In this document: positions 41,256 to 58,479 of the stretch, one piece after another
Position numbering within the stretch: position 1 is the stretch's first letter
How the letters are laid out: each line of letters begins with the position of its first letter
NCBI RefSeq assembly: GCF_009914755.1
Contig: NC_060937.1
Length of the DNA: 64,000 bases
Reading direction: 5' to 3' (one strand)
DNA from: the human T2T-CHM13v2.0 reference genome, Homo sapiens
The notes under the pieces: model-generated
What the model saw: the letters and a program-made list of their open reading frames with translations, nothing else
Databases searched by the model: none
What the model was told of the DNA's origin: nothing
Made by a program: the position numbers and the translations under genes

Positions 41256-42101
41256 TTACTTTTCTTTATGGGAGTGTCACTAATGTGTTATTTCATTTAG
41301 TTCTGGAATTAAACATGCTGTTGAGTTTGATGATAACCTCATTTTGTTTTCCTTATAAATAACTTTATGTTTTTGTTGGACTGCCAAAGAGATTTTTCTA
41401 TTTTTTTTTTAAATCCGGCTTTCTTAAGAAGCAAACTGTATTTACTTAGTTTTCTATTACTCCAATAAATCATTTCTTCTAATTTTATTTTTTGTTCTTA
41501 TTTATATTTGTATATAATATTTACATGACTATAATCAATATAGTCACAATTTTATTTTCATCTTATTCATTTGACATAATTTTCACACATTTCATCTTGT
41601 GGCTAATATTTTCCATTATAATTTTAACATCTGCATAGTAATCCATTAAGGTATTATTTGATATACCATAATACCACCTCCTTATGTTAAATATTTATAT
41701 CTATTCCCTTTTCTTCATATTACAGGTTACGTCATTCAGTGTTTTTAAAATTAATAAATTGAAAAAAATTCAATGATTTGGCTTATCCTTCCTATAAAAA
41801 CTGGTCAGAAATATAAAACATATTAGAGAAAATTTTTATTTGTATACTTATTTCTACTTATTTCAGCATGTTTACTGGAATTGAGACCTAGTTTTCTTCT
41901 AATCTACAGCTCTAACAGCATAATCCATAAAGCAGAATTCCATGACTAAGACATGCCATTTGCTGTTTTTCTTTGAGTTCTAATTCAAAGAGGTAAACTG
42001 TTTGGTCTGTTTTATTGACTTTCAAGTATATCGTGATAGTCCAAACATTGTTCTTCAGAGAAGCAAAGACCAATTCTAAAGTGGAATCTAGAGTGAAATC
42101 A

Positions 42102-42151
<50 letters not shown>
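42102..42151. repeat. (TATC)n microsatellite
   Basis: Seen directly. Confidence 0.95.
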
Positions 42152-42307
42152 CACATATATGAACCTTTGACATTATCTTCCATTAGAAATTGCACCGATT
42201 GGTCATCAAAAGGAAGAAGAAACAGATTGTTGAAAACACATTAATGGTTCTTGAAACTGTTCTAATCAGCAAAGGCATCAGTACTGGGAAGAAGTCTGAG
42301 AAGGTAA

Positions 42308-42766
42308 CTATTAGTTATCTATTTATGCATAATAAATTAACCTAGAATAACAGCTTAAAACATACATCTCACAATTTTTTAAGCCCAGGAATTCAAGGTG
42401 AATTAGTGGAGTGGTTCTGGCTCAGGGACTCTGATGAGGTTGTAATTAGGATGTCAACTAGGGCTGCTGATACCTGAAAGCTGCTCCCAGGACTGGAGGA
42501 TGAGCTTCCACAACAGCTCACGCACGTGGCTGTTGGGTGGAGGCCTCGCTGTTGGGTGGAGGCCTCAGTTCTTCATCACATAGTACTCTCATGACACAGC
42601 AGCTGGCTTCCCTGAGTAAGTAATCCAGACTTAGACTCCTAAGTTGTACTCTCGTGCTTTTGATGTTTTTTTTTTTTTCCTACTCCTTAGAACCAAGTCA
42701 CTGAGATTCCACCTCTTTAAAGGAGGAGAACCAAAGACATTGAGGCCATATTTTAATGCCATCATA
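42308..42766 (-). mobile_element. MLT1G/H-like MaLR LTR
   Basis: tattagttatctatt..gcttaaaaca..caggaattc..gtggttctggctcaggg..gactggaggat..ggcctcagttc..gccatatttta. Confidence 0.75.
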
Positions 42767-43799
42767 GTAACTGCTAAACCATCAGAGAATAATGGGCAAA
42801 ATACAGAGATTTTATAGCCACACAGGACATCTCAAATTCTGGCTGTGTTGATTATTACCAATTGAACATTGAGCAGATCAATTGGTGCAACATCCTTGGC
42901 ATCTTTCTTATTGTTAAGCTAGAGATTATTTATTGTCTGCCTATCTCACTGGATTATTATGAGACTCACAGAAGAGCATAGAAAATGGTGGTTTTGAAAA
43001 ACAAATATTTATTAATCTTGAATTAAACATGTATTTGTGTAAGTTTTTAACTCATTGAGGCTAAAATGTATCTATGGCTGAAAAATATAAAATCATTAAA
43101 GAAGTAAACAGATTTATATTGAATGACTATGTAATCAATGACAAAATCACTGTAGCATAGACTTTTTCTAGGTGATAAGGCAGGAATGTTCTGTATGTAT
43201 TTCCTGCTTTTTCACATATACCAATATGTAATTTCCAAACAACACATTTGGAAATGTATTATAAAGTGTTATAAAAAGTCATAAAATGGGTTTCATAACT
43301 TCCATACTTGAAGATAGTTTCCACTCATATTAAAAAAAAAAACAAAAAACTACATACTTTTTAGGTTTCAAAGATAAATCTATTATTTCAGAATGGTTTT
43401 CTGATTTTCATCATTATAAATGGAAAACATAAATGTTATTACAAAAAATGCCTACAAATGTAATAAATAAAAATTCTTTGACCTCAACACATAAAAACAT
43501 TTTTGTTTTTATATCTATTTTATATAAGAAATCTTAATCATTGGATTGGCATAAATAGTTCAGTTATTATACATCATGTGTAAGCCAGTGCACGAAACTT
43601 AAATTTATTCCCAGTTAAGAAATATATACCTAATATTGTTAAGATAAATGGCTTTTTATTGGAAAATTTGAGTATTTATAATTAAGCTTCCTGACATTAA
43701 GTTGAGTAGAATTAGGGAAGAGAGAGATTTCAAATAAAAAATAAATTAGGGACATTTCCTCTCAGGGGTGTAGAGAACAAGAAAGGGCATTTATCCTGT

Positions 43800-44745
43800 G
43801 TTTAATTCAATCACTATAACAAAAATAGCTTTATAATCCTCTCTGGTGGACTGTTTGTTAATTTTTTTCACCTATTTTTTATTGCATTGTTTATTTGCTT
43901 ATTATTTAGTTTTGTGAATTATTCATATTTACATCACAGGTAGACAAACTATCATGCATAAGCCAAATCCAGCACACCACCTGTTTCTGTATCTAAAGTT
44001 TAATCAGAAACAGCTAAGCTCACTCATGTTTATATTGTCTAAAGCTGCCTTCATGCTGCAATAACAGAACGGAGGAGATTCCACAGAGACTGTCAGATCT
44101 GCAAACTAAAATATTTGCTATTTGGCTATTTAAGGTTTGTCGACCCTTGCTCTACATGCAAATCTTTTTTTTCAAATTATAATATGTAAATGGAATCTCT
44201 CAGTCTGTTGTTGATTTTTTTTCATTCTATTCATAGTATCTTTTCATGAGGAGAATTTGAAATTTTGATTAAATCCAATTTATCATTATTTTATTTTATA
44301 AATCATGCTTTTGGTATCTTATATAAGAAAGCTTTGTCTAACTTCAAAGCACAAATACTTAGTTTTGCCCTGAAATTTTATACATTTAGTTTGTACATAT
44401 AGGTCTACAAGATCAAACTTCAAAATTTTTTGCAGATAAGTATCAAATTGCCCAGCAACATTTCTTTAAAAGTCTGTTATTTATCCCCTAAATTGCTATG
44501 AAATTTTTGTCAAAAATCAGTGGGTTTATATCTGTATTTTCTCTATTTTGATACATTGATCAACTTATCTTTATTTGTAGACATACTGTCCTGATAAATG
44601 TATTTTTTATAATAAACCTTCAAATAAGTTAGAATACGTCATCAAACGTTGTTTTTCTTGAAAAGTTGTTTTGGCTTTCCTAAATACTTTGAATTTCGAT
44701 ATGAAATGGAAAAAATAAGAGCATTGTTCAAATATCTTCCTAATT
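43800..44745 (-). mobile_element. Old L1ME-like ORF2 3' region
   Basis: aattttgattaaatccaatttatca, tgcttttggtatc, ttgtcaaaaatcag, tacattgatc. Confidence 0.65.
43937..44149 (-). mobile_element. MER58A-like hAT MITE inserted in old L1
   Basis: cagg..caaactat..gccaaatccagc..cctgttt..acagagac..ctaaaatattt..gtttgtcgacccttg. Confidence 0.8.
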
Positions 44746-44759
44746 TATTTAATTTATTA

Positions 44760-44915
<156 letters not shown>

Positions 44916-45077
44916 TTACAGAAGGTTTTCGTATACTCTTCACAAAGATTCTCCTACTGCTTACACTGTACCCTACATGGTCCATTTATAAATTTTTAAA
45001 AACAATAACATTGGTAAAATACTATTAACTATTAACTTCAACTGTTTTTTCACTAATAATAGTTTCACTTTTAGTAA

Positions 45078-45235
45078 TTAATTTATTCATTAGTATTCAA
45101 ATGGTAAATTATATTGGTTGATCTTAAGCTCCAGGCACAGTGATAGCTCCTAGGCAAACAAAGATGATTAAGACGTTCCTATCTTCAAGAATGTCACAGT
45201 CTATTAGATGACCAAAAATATAAATTAATAATGAA
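45078..45235 (-). mobile_element. L2 3' fragment
   Basis: atttattcatt..ccaggcacagtgatag..gattaagac..tcaagaa..cacagtcta. Confidence 0.55.
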
Positions 45236-46744
45236 ATAATTAAATGACATTTCAAGTTAGCAGCCCAAAAGACCCAAAGAATTAAAATTGCATTTGTCAT
45301 TAGACAAAGAAAGACAAAAGCATTCCATTACCACACTGTATTAAAAACACTCTTCTTGAACAATGAAAGGCTCAGATTTTGCTGAGCATTTATTTTCTTA
45401 CGTATTCTTCTGTTCTTTTCATTTTTCAAGCAATAGGAGTCTATTGCAATGTGGCAGAAATCTATTTAAGCCATATCATTTCTTTGAAAACCAGATTCAT
45501 TTTAATGAAAATTCCAAAGGTATTGTTTATTCTCTTCAATGTTAATGTTGATTTATGTTCTTATTTTAAAAATTATTTGTAATTTTTAAGTAAGTTCTAT
45601 TGAATAAATAAAAACATATAGAGATTATAGTGTTTACATGTAGAGAAGAAAGTATCTATACAAATTTCAAAGACGTCAAAAAGAAATTTTGTATTAGAGA
45701 TAACTTGTTTCTAATAGAAATTAAAATACAGAAAAGTTTTCTTCCAGCTTATTGATTAAAACATTCAACTGTATTTGCTGAAATTAGTAGTATTCACTTT
45801 CTTATATTTGAATGTAGCAGTTAACTTCTATGCAATATTTAGCAACTATTATAGTGTGATCTAGCTTTTCTTGTTTGAGAAGTGTCAAAAGTAAATATGT
45901 TTGTTATCAATTTCTAAAGATAGCAAAATATTTTCAAAAAACTAACATTCTATGATTGGACTATAAAGCTTTTTTCCAGATATTTGCATTTATTTGGATG
46001 ATGAAGAATTACAGAGGAAGAATTCATTTCTCAGATGATTTAGGGCAAGATTGATTGGGTCAATTGAGTGGGTGGAATGTTTCTAACATTTCTCTTCAGT
46101 GATCCACATCATTTATCCTGCCCCTTTCTGCACACGGTTTCCATCTGAATTAACCAAAAGAATATGAAATAATTTAGATTTTCAGAGGCGCCAATTAATG
46201 ACTTTCTGTTCAGTACTCTTCAGTAAAGGGAGGTTTGTAGTACCTTGTTTATAAAGCTTTTTCTGGTTTTATGTCAACATCCTTTAGTATAAGGTAAGTA
46301 TTCTCTCATTGAACCAGTATGATAATAATAGAATATTAAGAGGTTATGTAACCCAACAAGCCTTTTAATTTCATTAAAACCACAATAAAAAGCACATGAA
46401 GTATAGACCTTTCTCAAAATAGAATTAAGATATACCTTTAATAATTAATATGTTCAGGATTTAGATGTCAGACTCCAATACATTTAAAAAATTTTAGTCT
46501 CTCAATAATATGGTTAACAAATGTACAGAATAGATCGCTCAGACAAAATGGTCTCTAAAAGTATAAAAGCAACTGTAAAAATTGTGTTAGGTCGTATGAA
46601 CTAATAAGCAAAATTACCCATATTCTATTCCCAGATCTTATTCTACTCTAATATAAATTTCTGTTGTGAAGTGAATTTATTAATTAACTTTTCTAATTAT
46701 ACTGTGTGGATATTTTAATTGTTTTGATTAATTTTAGATTTCCA

Positions 46745-47215
46745 AAATGAGGACTGAAAAAATTAGTGGTTTAACAAAGAAAGCCATTCATGTTTCAAAC
46801 ATGTAAAATAATTCCAAAGGTAGGCATTCCATAGCTGATATTTCCAAGAGTTCAACAGAAACCCTGCATCGGTTATTCTGTATTATCTCTCTACTATCTG
46901 TATGTTTCATTCTCAAGGTTATTTCAAGGAAAATTTTGGTTTCTGCAGGGCCCAACCATTTCATTCCCGAGAGCAAGCATGGAAGAAGGCAAAAAAGAGC
47001 ATGTGTCCTCTTATTTAAAGAATTTTTCTGATATCACCCACTGATCTTCTATTCATAGCTCATTAGTCATAAATTAGCCACTTGGCCACAACTATTGACA
47101 AATAGGACTTAAAATGTCTCTAAATCATAGTAGCAAGTACTACACTAAAATGAGGCTGCATGTGTCTAAAGAAGGTAATAAAGCTAGTTAGAAGAAATTA
47201 GAAGTTTCTGCAGCA
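46745..47215 (-). mobile_element. MLT1J/K-like MaLR LTR
   Basis: agtggtttaa, aaggtaggcattcca, ctcattagtcataa..ttggccaca, tctgcagca. Confidence 0.55.
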
Positions 47216-47965
47216 TTGCTATTTAGAAAATTAATTTTAACATTGATCTTACATGTAGCCATCTTTCACAAAACTCTGATTAATTCAAATGGCTTGTCAG
47301 TTTACTCATTTGAGATTACCAAATAGGCCATAACATATTTCTTCAAATAATACACACTTAATTTGGCTAGAACTTTCACAAAAGTGACTGGAACTTTAAA
47401 TAAAATATTAAATGGTAACTTTAATCTTGTTTTATTCTGAGTTTGAATGGTAATGTTTCATTTCAAATGGTTTACTACTCAGCATATGGCTTCAAGGTAA
47501 TTAATTATGTCTCTTACTTTGTTAATATATTAAAATTCTCGTTTTTTGTTTCTATCCAGATTTGCATTAATATAGTTGCTGATGTTAAACTATTCTTGCA
47601 TTGATAAGCAAAAATGCATTTAGTAATGATGTGTCCAGCTTATATTTACAAACTTTATTGTCTGATGTTTAATTGGATTTTTAAATAGTTTCACATTGTA
47701 TTTATGTTTAAAGTTTATAGTCTCTGTGTGCGTGTGTGTGTGTATTTGTGCTTTATTGTATATTAGCTTACTACATTGACGGGTAAATTCATTCAAATTA
47801 TTTCCTATGGTCACAAACAGCGTACACAAAAGGGAAATTATCTGCTCTTTAATGCTTTGCTAAAACTCACTGATGTGTAAATCTTATGAGATTTTAAAAA
47901 GGTTACATTACATAGGTGTCCATTGACACCTATGTAATGGTGTCAATAGAGAAGAGGAGAAAAGA

Positions 47966-48318
<353 letters not shown>

Positions 48319-48536
48319 TCAGATATTTGGGGTGGTAGTTGCATGGAGATTTTGAAAAATGTCTCATAAATACTTAGGAAATACTATCCAAGGAAAAGTT
48401 ATCTGAAGATATCTTTCTGAGGAAACTCACCGGCCCTGCAAATATTGATATTTTAAACAATTTTTCCTTGTTAAATATTAATAGGCAGTCTAAGCTCACC
48501 AGCTATTTGGGTGTTTACCTAAGATGCCACAGAGAT

Positions 48537-48540
48537 ATAA

Positions 48541-48579
<39 letters not shown>

Positions 48580-48581
48580 AT
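48537..48581. repeat. (TAAA)n microsatellite
   Basis: Seen directly. Confidence 0.95.
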
Positions 48582-48626
48582 GTCTTGGGATAAATTTCAT
48601 AGCACATAAAGAAAAGGTTTCAAAAT

Positions 48627-48974
48627 TGTTATGGTTTGTTCTTACCAAAACTCATGTGGAAATCTGATTCCCAATGTGGCAGTATTAAGTTCTTGTTCTA
48701 GAGAGACTAAATTAGTTCCCATGGGAATAAATTCATTCCCTCAAGAGTGGTTTGCTACAAAGCCAGTATGCTCCTTGGATTTGTTTCTGCTCATGTCTGC
48801 TTCCCCTTTGACCTTCTCTGCCATATTAAGATGGAGCACAAAAGTCCTTTCTGGAAACCAGGGTAATGCCCTTGAACTTCTCAGCCTGCAGAACATGAGA
48901 TAAATAATCTCATTTCTTTATAAATTACCCGGCCTCAGAGATTGAATTATAGCAACACAAAATGGAATAAGGCA
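48627..48974 (+). mobile_element. MSTC/MSTD-like solo LTR
   Basis: tgttatggtttg..ccaaaactcatgt..aaattacccggcctcag..agcaacacaaaatggaataaggca; TSD aaaat/gaaat. Confidence 0.8.
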
Positions 48975-49979
48975 GAAATATACATTATTTTAGATGTAAT
49001 ATAAAATACTACATTCATTAATTAACTGTATCATTCTTTTTTAGACTGTCTGAGTTCCTATGTATTAAACATGGTGTGATGGTGGCCAGTGGGGGATGTC
49101 AATGGAAGAGTTTAAAGCTAATTTTAAACAAATCCCCAAGCAGAAAATAAATATACAATCTGGAAAAAGATAATCCTCTTAGAGAATCAATCCAGTCGAG
49201 AAAATTGAACATCATACAATACAGTGCCTCCAGGATAATATTAAGAAGAAATTGAGGTGAAGAAATAATGAAAATATAAAGCAAATTTATTTTATGTGAG
49301 TGATAAACATGAGTTTCCTTATTAAATCACTTACAAAAACAATCACTAAAGAAATAACCAATGAAAGTGAGGTTATTGAGTAGTTAAAGCACACTAAGGA
49401 TGAACATTGTTTTATTTGGTTAATGGCATTGAAAGTCAAAAATCTAGGTGAAGAATATAATAAAGATGACATTAAAATTTTTGAAGTGAAAAATACATGA
49501 CGTTTTTAAGAACGAGTGACACTGAAAATTCAGTAGAATGACACTTCATAATTTGGGTACTATTATATTCACAGCCTGAAATTCTAAATAAAGGTAAATA
49601 TCTATATTATGTAATTGATTAAAGTTATTTTAAGAATGTAAAATCTCAGAAAAGTTTATATCCCATGCACTAAATTAAAGGATGCTGTTAGATAATGTGG
49701 ACATTGTTAAATAAGGGAAAGAACTAATATAGCAGAAGGCACTGGATTCAGAAAAAAAGGTTTCAATCTAGAAAAGAAACAAAATAAATAATGAGTGCAA
49801 AGGTGCAGAGAATTCCCAAAACACTTGTGCAGCAAATATTGGGAAATCTATCCAGTGCACAGGCAGAGATAGCTTCCAAGAGGAAAAATGCTGTCCAAAG
49901 AGCCAATAAAATTGAGATAAAAAGCGAAAGCTTTAATTTAAACATGAGAGAATTACCAAAAAGTGAATAGACATGTGTA

Positions 49980-52950
49980 GTAATCATCCTGATTAAGAAA
50001 TAGGAAATTACAAGTAACCCACAATGGTTCCCTTGTAAATCACTCTTCTCAATATCACAACAATTCTATTCAAAGAAAACCATTGTTACAACATTTGAAT
50101 GTTACATAAATGGCATCCAAAAGCATGTATGCTTTTGTGTCAGTTTTCTTTCATTCACCATTATATTTGCTATATCAATCTCTGTTTTTCATGAACCTAT
50201 AGTTTATTGATTCTTATAGTTCTTTCATTTTCATTGCTGTGTGGTATTCTATTATATGAATATACTACAGTTTTATATCCATGTTTCTGAACATAAAAGT
50301 TTTTTCCAGTTTTTGGCTATTAAGAATTATGGTGCCAAGAATATACTAGTACACATCTTGTTGGACACATGCACACATTATAATTCGAGGCATACTTTTA
50401 AATAAAATTGATAGTAAAGGATGCAAGTGTTCAGTTTCAATAGATAATACAAATTTATACTACAAATAGTACTGTGTGTGTGTTTGTGTGTGTGTGTTAA
50501 ATTTAGCCGTTCTGATGCTTGTAAAATATTATCTCATTGTGCTTTAAATTTATATTTTCTATTTCACATATTTGTTATTTAGTTGAATATTCTTCTTTTG
50601 AAATGCATCTTCCATGTTTTTATTTACTTTTATATTGTGGTATCTTTTTACAATTAATTTGTAGGATTTCTTTGTAAGATGTGTTTTTAGATTATTCTTG
50701 CCTAATCTCTGACTTAAATTTTTACTTTTCTAATCATATATTTTCATGAGCAGAAGTAATAAAACACTGTGAAACTAACTTTTTAACATATTTCATATAC
50801 TTATTTCTACTTCTTGTATTATAAACTGGCTAGAACTCCAGTCTAATTTTGACACAGGAAGAGTGGGCATTGTTTTCTCGTTGTTTAAGTCACAGGAAAT
50901 GTACTAACATTTCCCAGTTAAGATTAATGTTTGCTCTATTTTCAAATACATAAAATTTTCTTCTATCATGGCTTCCTGAGATAGATTCTCCCTTAATCTA
51001 TGTGCTTTCATCTAGAATAATCTTTCTCTCTTAAAAATCTCCCTTTAATTTTTCCTTAACTAGGGCTCTTTTGGTAATGAAGTCTCTCTCCTTTACAAGC
51101 AGTTTTGCTTAAAAATGTGAATTATTGATGTTGTTATTCATACAGAATATATGCATTCCTACAGAAAATATACAGCATTTAACATTAAAAGACAGAATAT
51201 TATCTTTATCAAAAAACTACATTATGCTCTCTTTCCATTGCTAACCTGCCAATAATAATCACCATTGTGGCTTTTTACACTTTAAAGCTTCAGAGATAAA
51301 TTCACTGGCATAATGTCCCAGCCCGTTAGTTATTAAATTTTAGAACTTATACAATATTATTCTGTTGTTACCTTCCATTAGTTTTTTTGTTTGTTTGTTT
51401 TTCTATGGACACATTATCTAAAGTTTTATTGTTGCTTCCATCAGGACAGTACATCCCTTTTTTACTAGTTATTCTTATAATCCCTTAACATAAACTTTGG
51501 AAAATACTTGTCCATTATTCTTTCAAACATTTCTCTTTCCTATTTTACTCTTCTCCTAGGACTCACAGGTGTGTTCAAATATTTTCCCCACATTCCATGT
51601 GTATCCTACGATATTTCCTGTATTACCTAACATTTTATCTTTTGTTGTTGCAATGTGAGTGTAATTTTTTCTAGGCTGTTTTCTTGTTCTGTCTAATTTG
51701 CTATTAAACCTAGGCCTTGTGAGTTTAACAAAGATATTAGTTGCTATATGATATAGTTTGGATATTTTTTCCATTCAAATCTCATGTTGAAATTTAATCC
51801 CCAATGTTCCAGGTGGCACATAGAGGGAGGTGTTTCAGTCATGAGGGTGGATGCCATCCTCATGGTAGTGAGTGAATTCTCATTCTACGAGTTCCCATAA
51901 GAATTTATTATTAAAAATAGCCTGTCATTTTCCTCTCCTCTCTCTCTTTCTTCCCCTATCTCACCTGCTCCCATTCATTTCTGCCATGGATGGAAGTAAT
52001 CTGAGGCCATCTCCAAAGGCAGATGCAGCCCCATGCTCCTTTAACAGCCTGCAGAACCATAAGCCAAATAAACCTCTTTTCTTATGAATTACCCAGCCTT
52101 GTGTTCCTTTATAGCAATGCAAATGGGCTAAGACATTATATACATTTTCTTTCTATAATTTACATAATATTTCAGAATTTCACATTTCCTGCTAAAATTT
52201 TTCATCTTCACATTTAATCTTTGAATATATCAACTTCATTTATTTTAAACTCCATGTCTGTCTGGTAAGCCCATTAAATTGATCTGTTCTATATCTGCTT
52301 ATATTATCTGTTGTGATCTTGGTTTTTACTAAAGTATTCTGTTTTAGTTTATTCCATGTCTAGTCATTTTGTATGAACCATCAGCTATTGTGTATAACAA
52401 GGTGTAAAGATAATTTGGAACTCTAGATTAACGATTCTTCTACCAAGATGATTTACTCCTCTTCTAACCAGAAATTATAACAGCTAGTGATACCTTAATA
52501 TGATGAATGCTTAGTGATGATTAAAAACTAAGCTTTGGTCTTCATGTTGGTTGATTTATTTCATTCTACTTTTGATGTACTTTACTGCTAGAGTAGAGAA
52601 TTGCTCTGAGTTCTGAGGACCTCTCTGAAGGTCTTAGGTATTTAGTATGGTCTCTACTCTTTGGCAGGCTTGAATATGAATATTTATCCAAGATTGCAAT
52701 TGACAAGACCTCTAGGCTGTTTTTATTTGCTTACCTGCCACTCTCTCTTGTTTCTTTTTAATCAGAAAATTTGTGAATAGGCGAAGACATGTTATAGTCA
52801 CACTCAATTGTCTAAGCTTCCCTTCATTTCAGTAACTTAGACTCACACATATTTCTGTCATGATAGTTCTGTGATACCTTCAAACATATCACTTTTTATC
52901 ATTTTTCCTAGCCAAGTCTGTTTTAAAGAAGTTGTCTAGGCATTGTTGGA
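49980..52950 (-). mobile_element. Patchwork of old L1ME-like fragments
   Basis: ataaatggcatc..atgtatgcttttgtgtc, ttttcattgctgtgtggtattctatt, aaactttggaaaat..ccattattctttcaaa. Confidence 0.55.
51749..52135 (+). mobile_element. MSTB-like solo LTR
   Basis: tgatatagtttggata..aaatctcatgttgaaat ... gcaatgcaaatgggctaagaca; TSD ctata/ttata. Confidence 0.9.
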
Positions 52951-52981
52951 AGGAGAATCCCTTATAACAATGTTACATATC

Positions 52982-53740
52982 TGTCTTAGTTGATTTGTGT
53001 TGCTATAATGAAATGCCTGGGTAAATTATTGTCAATCTAAAGAATAAAGAGAAAGACTTCCTAAAAAGAAGAGTGTTTATTATGAAACAGTCATTGCAAT
53101 GGGAATACCAGTATCATAGTAAAATATGTGCATATTCAAGAAAGTATAAGAAGACAAAGATTTTTAAAGAAAAATTATGGAGAATTACATCATTGTTTTG
53201 AGATGATTATTCTTGGTTTCAAGAATCAGCAACAAGGGTCACACAAGTGTGAGTTTGCAATGGCCTTTGTACAAGGTTGTGTTTTTTGCAGTCTTTTGTG
53301 ATAGTTTTGATATGAGGCATTTATGAATGGGGATTTTCCCTTCATGGTCATCCCAACTCTATTTGTCAGAGATTTTAACACAAGTGTCTCCATTTTTATT
53401 CTGACAACTTTCACATCATAAATCATTTATATTTATTTCATACAGTTCTGTAAGAACTGGGAGGTCCAAGATCAATGCACCAGCAAATTCAGGGTCTGTT
53501 AAGGGCTGTTGTTTGCTTCCAAGATTGTGCCTTGTTGCTGTGCTTTTACACAGTGGAAGGTGGAGGGGCAAAAGTGTCCTAGATCATTTCCTCCAGCCCT
53601 TTTATAAGGCATTAATCCCATTTATGAGGTCAGACTCTTCATGGCCTAGCCACCTCCTCAAGTTCTTACCTCTTAATACTGTTGCATTGGGGATTAAGCT
53701 TCAGCATGAATTTTGAAGGGGACACATTCAAACCATAGCA
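52982..53740 (-). mobile_element. MSTD/MLT1A-like LTR interrupted by MER93
   Basis: tgtcttagt..tgtgttgctataa ... gtccaagatcaa..ggggacacattcaaaccatagca; TSD atatc/atgtc. Confidence 0.8.
53030..53415 (-). mobile_element. MER93-like (ERV1/MER4 group) solo LTR
   Basis: tgtcaatctaaa..cattgcaatgggaata..tatgtgcatattca ... ctccattttt attctgacaactttcaca; TSD ttat/tcat. Confidence 0.75.
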
Positions 53741-54155
53741 ATGTCCTTTTAAGATCATCTAACATTTATACTTTACCTCAATCTTCTAGAATGTAACACG
53801 TTATTTTCATATTTTAAAAAGATATACTCCCAAACAATTAAGTTGGACTCAATTGTTCAGCATTAGATCCATCAAATGTTCAAATTTCTCAACATATTAA
53901 GTTCACCTCACTACCATGGATTCTCTGTCTTTTGCTGAAGAAAAGGTAAAAAAGGCAATTAAAAGAGGTTTTTGAGGTTGTGTAAGAGACTATTATTTCA
54001 TTAAGGCATCACAGACTCCCATGATGAAAATATGTGTGAGTCTAAATTACTGAAATGAGGAGAAGCCTAGGCAATTTAGTGTAACTATAACTTTTTTTTT
54101 TCTCTCAAACACAAGTTTGCTGATTAGAAAGAAGCTGGAGAGTAGGACCAGGTAA

Positions 54156-56898
<2,743 letters not shown>

Positions 56899-57195
56899 GA
56901 AAATGTAAATATAATTTTTTTCTATTTTCTTTTATTTTCAAGCAACATTGTCAGTGATAGGATATAGAGGAATGCAACTTAATGATGATAGAATATTAAC
57001 AAGGATAAAGAAAAGCATGGCCCAGAGGAAAAGCAACAGGCACTAAAGTGCTACAGACATATTACCAACTCTTAAGGGCAGTTGTGTGTGGGTGATCCCA
57101 AATGTTATGTAGTTAAAAAAAATCATCCAAATCCAATAAGTAATGCATAACTGATGATTGATTATGCAAGCATTTCCTTTAAGAAATTAATACTG

Positions 57196-57648
<453 letters not shown>

Positions 57649-57988
57649 TTATCACTTTTGTGCTGAGGCCAGACTATGATAAATATTTACACCATAGAAA
57701 TTTAAAACTGAAAAGATATGTAGAGGTGATCCTTTAAATCATTCTTACTTACATGTTTACAATCTTGAAATTCGATTCTCTTTCAAATTCTGGGAATATA
57801 GATTAAGTGACTAAATAAACTATTTTTAACTAAATTTGAATATAATAAATTTCTAATGACTGGCTCCATGTAGACATTTGGAGAGTAAACTCACCTATTC
57901 ACAGACACACACAAATAGTGCTATCTTAATTAATTTTATGCTATTTAAATAGACCTAAGCATTTACAAAATACATTTCGGTCATAATA

Positions 57989-58043
57989 TTAGGTCAGTGC
58001 AAAAGTAAAAGCGGTCTTTGCCATTGCTTTTGCACCAATCTAA
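57989..58043. mobile_element. MADE1 (Hsmar1-derived MITE), internally deleted
   Basis: ttaggtcagtgcaaaagtaaaagcggtctttgccatt ... cttttgcaccaatctaa, preceded by TA. Confidence 0.85.
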
Positions 58044-58479
58044 ATATATCATTCATAGTCAGCAAATTTATAACAAATACATAAGTTACTTTGATTTAGG
58101 GAACATTTCTTGAAAATGTTTAAATGTAGCTGTCAAAGGATCTGTTTTCAGATACTGGTAGTGAAATTACATTGACTTGGAAAACGAAGGATGAGCAAAA
58201 TCTACATTAATTAAGTAGAATAAATGCTCTGTTATTTGTCAAATTGTTTTAATAAATTGTCAAGTCTTATGTTAAACACAGCATTACGTTTGAGAATTTG
58301 GCCCAAGCAAATGTTAATAGTTGATGATACAATCATTGTCCATATGTTCTTTAGATATTTGTAGACCATATGAGAATAAATCTGGATTTATCAAAAGTTT
58401 AGTTTGTAAAACTCAATTCTTTTCATGAATATGAAGAAAATTTTTATTTCAAGAGTCAATAATTTTGTTGAATTAGTAT

